The notes under the pieces were generated by a model. It made no database searches and was not told the origin of the DNA. It saw only the letters and a program-made list of their open reading frames with translations. 64,000 bases of DNA from an uncultured archaeon. GTDB lineage: Archaea; Asgardarchaeota; Lokiarchaeia; Sigyniarchaeales; SOKP01. Numbering within the stretch: the first letter of the stretch is position 1; every line of letters starts with the position of its first letter. The position numbers and the translations under genes were made by a program. The DNA is taken from assembly GCA_964486045.1 (NCBI GenBank), contig CAZALK010000008.1, forward strand, positions 139,611 to 203,610, given 5' to 3'. Positions 60,195 to 64,000 of the stretch are shown here, piece after piece.

Positions 60195-61580
60195 TTACCA
60201 CTCAGGGACATGAGTACCTAGAGGTACAGGAGGTCTACTCCATTTGGGTGGGGTTTCAGACATTTGAACTACAGGCTTAAGATGGGTTAGACGTCCCCAT
60301 TGGGTATCTGATTCTTCTTGGATTTCAGTAATATCACCCATACCCGATATACTTGTTGTGTCCAGAGTGGCACCTAGGCGTGTGAGCCACATGCCAGTTT
60401 GACATAGTGACGCTCTAACATGCCAGCTCCCACCATCTTTTGCTCGACGAGAGAGAGCATTCATAACACCATAGGCTGCCAAATAACCTGTTGTATAATC
60501 TGTAGGTGCGGCGGGAATTAACTGAGGTTTTTTATTATTTGTACTCTGTGCATGTGCAATACCAGTGGCACATTGAGCAAGTTGTTCCCATCCTTTTCGA
60601 TTAACCCATGGACCGACGTGCCCATAACAATTAATTGAAACATAAATAATCCCTGGATGGGTTTTTGCTAGTTTTTCTGACCCAAATCCCCGATCTTCTA
60701 GGGTTCCTGTACGATAACCTTGTGTAAAAATGTCGGTTTTTGAGATGAGATTTTCCAAACATATTACCCCTTCATCCGTATTTAGATCAACAAAAACGCT
60801 TCTTTTCCCATGACCTGTTTCAATAACAAATGGTTCAAAACTCGGAAGCTTTGGTGACCCAATCCGCATTACATCAGCACCATATGAAGCGAGGGTGCGA
60901 CCACAAGCGGGACCAGCTAATACCCTAGTTAAATCCATTACTCGTATCCCATCGAGAGCAGATTCACCGTCAGATAATGGTTGTGGGGGTCCATCCCCAA
61001 TTCGAGAGATCTCCACAACTGGTATGTTTGCTAATGCTAATCCTTGAGGATGAGCACTCCATTCATCGATTGAGCGCACTAAAACGCCGCATGAACTGTG
61101 TTCAGCAATACTTTCCTCAAGATCTTCACCATTCCAGTTTTTTACTGCAGATTTGATGCATCTTTGATCAGGATTTTCCTTACATTCTAGAGTTTCTAAT
61201 AACCCTTTTGCCAAGTTGGGAAAACCACCATGAAGATGAATCCAGCGCTTATCAGCTGTTTTATAAAGTCCTACGGTTGGATTACATTTAAGCGTAAATT
61301 TTCTTTCAATATCAAATTTTTGAAATCCAAATCCAAGCAGTGTTGCTGATGCATCCCTCACATCAACCCTAATTTTTTGATGTACACCTCTACGTTGAAA
61401 CCATAATTCCTCAGCTGCAATACCGGTAAGACCTAGAGCGAATGCTGCAACTTCCCCAACGGGAAACGGTGTTGAGATTATTGGATCTTCTCCAGTGATC
61501 TCCAATTGAGTTTTTTTTGGGAGATTAAGTTTTGTAGCCTCTGAAATTTCCTCAAAACGAGATTTTTTCATGAATTTCAA
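60195..61580 (-). CDS. CoA-transferase family III (CaiB/BaiF), duplicated-domain type
   Basis: LDGIRVMDLTRVLAGP, GKRS and AAPTDYTTG. Confidence 0.92.
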   Translation of the reverse strand: MKFMKKSRFEEISEATKLNLPKKTQLEITGEDPIISTPFPVGEVAAFALGLTGIAAEELWFQRRGVHQKIRVDVRDASATLLGFGFQKFDIERKFTLKCNPTVGLYKTADKRWIHLHGGFPNLAKGLLETLECKENPDQRCIKSAVKNWNGEDLEESIAEHSSCGVLVRSIDEWSAHPQGLALANIPVVEISRIGDGPPQPLSDGESALDGIRVMDLTRVLAGPACGRTLASYGADVMRIGSPKLPSFEPFVIETGHGKRSVFVDLNTDEGVICLENLISKTDIFTQGYRTGTLEDRGFGSEKLAKTHPGIIYVSINCYGHVGPWVNRKGWEQLAQCATGIAHAQSTNNKKPQLIPAAPTDYTTGYLAAYGVMNALSRRAKDGGSWHVRASLCQTGMWLTRLGATLDTTSISGMGDITEIQEESDTQWGRLTHLKPVVQMSETPPKWSRPPVPLGTHVPEW

Positions 61581-61820
61581 TCCTAATATTAAACTACATA
61601 AATTTACATAAATTGATTAAAGATAAAGAGGAACAAATAATTTAAAAGGTTTTTGAGCTAATAGCAGATTCTTGCTGTACTGATGTCAATCCTAAACTAC
61701 TATTTATAATTGATATAGAAAATTTCATTGACATCTATTCTATATAATAAAAGTTTAAATTTCATATAATAATTTTTATCCATAAACTACAACTATCAAT
61801 GATTTTAAGGTTTAATAAAA

Positions 61821-62324
61821 ATGAAATATAAAAGAAACCAATATTCTGAAGGATTAAGTGTTTGTTCTTTCATTATCGCCGGTATTTTAATTTATTGGGG
61901 ATTAAATGATCTATTCTTTAGACCAATCTGGTATGGATGGGCTGTTAGTTGGTTTGGGATTGTGTGGCTTGTTATAGGTGTGGCAATTGTAGGAGGTCAA
62001 GTGGCAGCATTCGCTAACCGAGGAAAGTTGAGAAATGCCGTCTTATATGAGTATGAGGCGCATCGTGAGGCAACTATTGAGGAGATAAGTAAAAATACAG
62101 GAGTTAGCTTAAGAGATGTGAGATCAATCATTTTAGATTTAAAATCAAGAGGGTTATTACGCGGTAAGTTTTCTTCCACTACAGGCCAGTTGACTCATGG
62201 TGAAGTGATAACCAAAACTCAAACAACAGTTCCAGAAGGAAAAGTAAGTTATTGCCCTAATTGTGGAACAGCTAAATCTAAAGATTCAGCAGTGTATTGT
62301 TCATATTGCGGATCAAAACTGTAA
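61821..62324 (+). CDS. Two-TM protein with PCI-like winged helix and C-terminal zinc ribbon
   Basis: Two TM helices, IILDLKSRGLLRGKFSSTTGQL and YCPNCG...YCSYCG. Confidence 0.72.
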   Translation: MKYKRNQYSEGLSVCSFIIAGILIYWGLNDLFFRPIWYGWAVSWFGIVWLVIGVAIVGGQVAAFANRGKLRNAVLYEYEAHREATIEEISKNTGVSLRDVRSIILDLKSRGLLRGKFSSTTGQLTHGEVITKTQTTVPEGKVSYCPNCGTAKSKDSAVYCSYCGSKL

Positions 62325-62526
62325 ATAATAATTTTTATTTTTATTTTTTCTATCTCTGGAAGCGATTATTTAGATAAATAAATAAAGAAATCGTGAAGGG
62401 AATTTGTAAGTGATATATCTCAATTAATAGGATCATTAAGTTTAGGCATGTAAAGATATTTATTCACACGATTTATTAATTAATTAAATAATAAACTAAT
62501 AAATTAATTAAATCATATAATCTAAA

Positions 62527-62778
62527 ATGACGTTTACGACTATATCAATTAAGGAGAAAACAAAAAAAGAGCTAAAAAAACTGCAGGAAATGTATGAGGT
62601 AAAGTCCATGGATGAATTGGTTAAAAAATTAATCATTCAAGCTAAAAAAGAGTATATTACTGGATTTACTAAGGATTTCAAGAGTAGATTGAAGGAAAAG
62701 GGGTTAACATTGGAGGATATAGTTAAATCCGGTGAAAAAATAAGAGAAGAAATCTTAAAGGCAAGGGATTTAATGTAA
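62527..62778 (+). CDS. Putative VapB-type antitoxin (RHH-like)
   Basis: TTISIKEKTKKELKKL...SMDELVKKLI, 6 nt upstream of the PIN gene. Confidence 0.78.
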   Translation: MTFTTISIKEKTKKELKKLQEMYEVKSMDELVKKLIIQAKKEYITGFTKDFKSRLKEKGLTLEDIVKSGEKIREEILKARDLM

Positions 62779-62784
62779 GAGATA

Positions 62785-63222
62785 ATGATATCCTTAGTTA
62801 TCGATTCTAATATTTTTTTCTCAGCTATATATAATGAAAAGGGACTTGAAAGAAAAATCCTGAACCTTTCAATTGAAGAAGAAAAAATTCAAATCTTTGC
62901 TCCCGATATATTTTGGGAGGAAATTAAACGAATTCTGAATAGAAAATTAGGATATGAAGAGGAAGAAATAGATCAACTCATTACAAAATTCGATATTATC
63001 GAAATTCCTGAGGATAAATATAAAAAATTTAGGGATCAAGCAGAAATGATTATTTCTCATAAAAGTGATATAGCATTTGTAAGCACTTCGCTATTTCTTA
63101 ATTGTCCACTCTGGTCAGGAAATGTTAAACATTTTCAGAAGTTAATAAATTCAAAAGAAGTAATCTGGTTTACATCAAGAGAATTATTTGATTTTCTAAA
63201 CAAAAAGTATAATATTAAATAA
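62785..63222 (+). CDS. PIN-domain ribonuclease (VapC-type toxin)
   Basis: LVIDSNIFFSA, EEIKR, SDIAFV and LWSGN.KHF. Confidence 0.87.
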   Translation: MISLVIDSNIFFSAIYNEKGLERKILNLSIEEEKIQIFAPDIFWEEIKRILNRKLGYEEEEIDQLITKFDIIEIPEDKYKKFRDQAEMIISHKSDIAFVSTSLFLNCPLWSGNVKHFQKLINSKEVIWFTSRELFDFLNKKYNIK

Positions 63223-63380
63223 TTAAATCAAATAAAATAAATTTGTATTTTGAAATAATAATTATAATATTAATTCCCACTAACAACAGTTTTGAAAAAA
63301 CGGATTGAATTAAATGCAACAATACAAAATATGCATATTTTAAATATGCTGAATTTATTACATTTTTAGGTGTAAAAATT

Positions 63381-63947
63381 ATGGTTGGAACAAAAGTTCA
63401 TGTAGCGTATGAGATTAAGAATCCTCCGTTAATTGTTAAACCCAATGATGAAATTGAAGGCAAAATTATAGTAACCAATGGAGAAAAAAAGGATAAAAAG
63501 TTAAAAAAGTTGTTTATTGAACTTTATGACATGCATACGGCATTGGTTACCAGTACAGACCCCCAGTCCGGCGAAGAAACTGAATCTTGGAGAGATCAAA
63601 AAAAAGAATTAAAACAATGGGATATCGCTTCGGGAGATAAAATAAAGTCAGGGGAAAAAAAAGAGTATCCCTTTAGTATTAAATTGCCAAATTGGCAACG
63701 AAAAAAGGGAAAAGGAAAAGAAGATGATAAATTTAATAATTGGCGTTTGCAGTTACACTTCAATCAAAAAACGGGTATGGTAGCTTCTAGGGGTTCTGAG
63801 AAGAATGATGCAACTTGCATATTACCAACAAAAGGTACAAAATATAACCCTTCATTTGGAGATATTAAGCTAGCAAAGAAACAAAAGAAACAAAAGAAGG
63901 CAGAAGAGAAAACAAAGGCTTCTAAAAGTGCTGACGGTGGAAGTTAA
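63381..63947 (+). CDS. Arrestin-N / Spo0M-like fold protein with basic tail
   Basis: DEIEGKIIV...KKLFIEL...IKSGEKKEYPFSIKLP pattern and Lys-rich C-terminus. Confidence 0.65.
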   Translation: MVGTKVHVAYEIKNPPLIVKPNDEIEGKIIVTNGEKKDKKLKKLFIELYDMHTALVTSTDPQSGEETESWRDQKKELKQWDIASGDKIKSGEKKEYPFSIKLPNWQRKKGKGKEDDKFNNWRLQLHFNQKTGMVASRGSEKNDATCILPTKGTKYNPSFGDIKLAKKQKKQKKAEEKTKASKSADGGS

Positions 63948-64000
63948 CTTATAAATTCTTGTTGTAAATGTTACTTCAAGATTTTTTTTTTTTGTTTAAT

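Noticed and set aside
1-64000. Numerous 60-126 aa ORFs antisense to or nested in long genes
   Set aside because: Shadow ORFs of well-supported CDSs with no independent motifs.

Overview
AT-rich archaeal chromosomal segment, most likely from an Asgard archaeon of the Lokiarchaeia type. This is inferred from a Rab-like GTPase, a gelsolin-domain protein, an arrestin-fold protein, a Loki-type LRR family protein, TFB, a proteasome alpha subunit and archaeal RFC. I saw no rRNA, tRNA, CRISPR array, transposase or integrase. All calls come from reading motifs by eye, with no database searches. The most notable structure is an ~11 kb accessory island (about 2537-13293) bracketed by two diverged copies of the last ~100 codons of a PolB2-family DNA polymerase gene. 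It carries a Mokosh type I-like pair (kinase-SF1 helicase fusion plus a tandem PLD-fold protein with apparently dead catalytic motifs), a 959-aa orphan and an LRR protein, and sits at the end of an iRadA / PPB2 / PolB2 damage-tolerance cassette. Further right are a Rab-like GTPase, psmA, a 1761-aa helical repeat protein, a gelsolin-HeH fusion, a three-gene RFC cluster with an Rfc5-like degenerate subunit, a REC domain fused to a possible longin/uDENN domain, and a grpE-dnaK-dnaJ-tfb cluster. An MglA-like GTPase, a VapBC pair, an arrestin-fold protein and assorted metabolic and transport genes complete the window.
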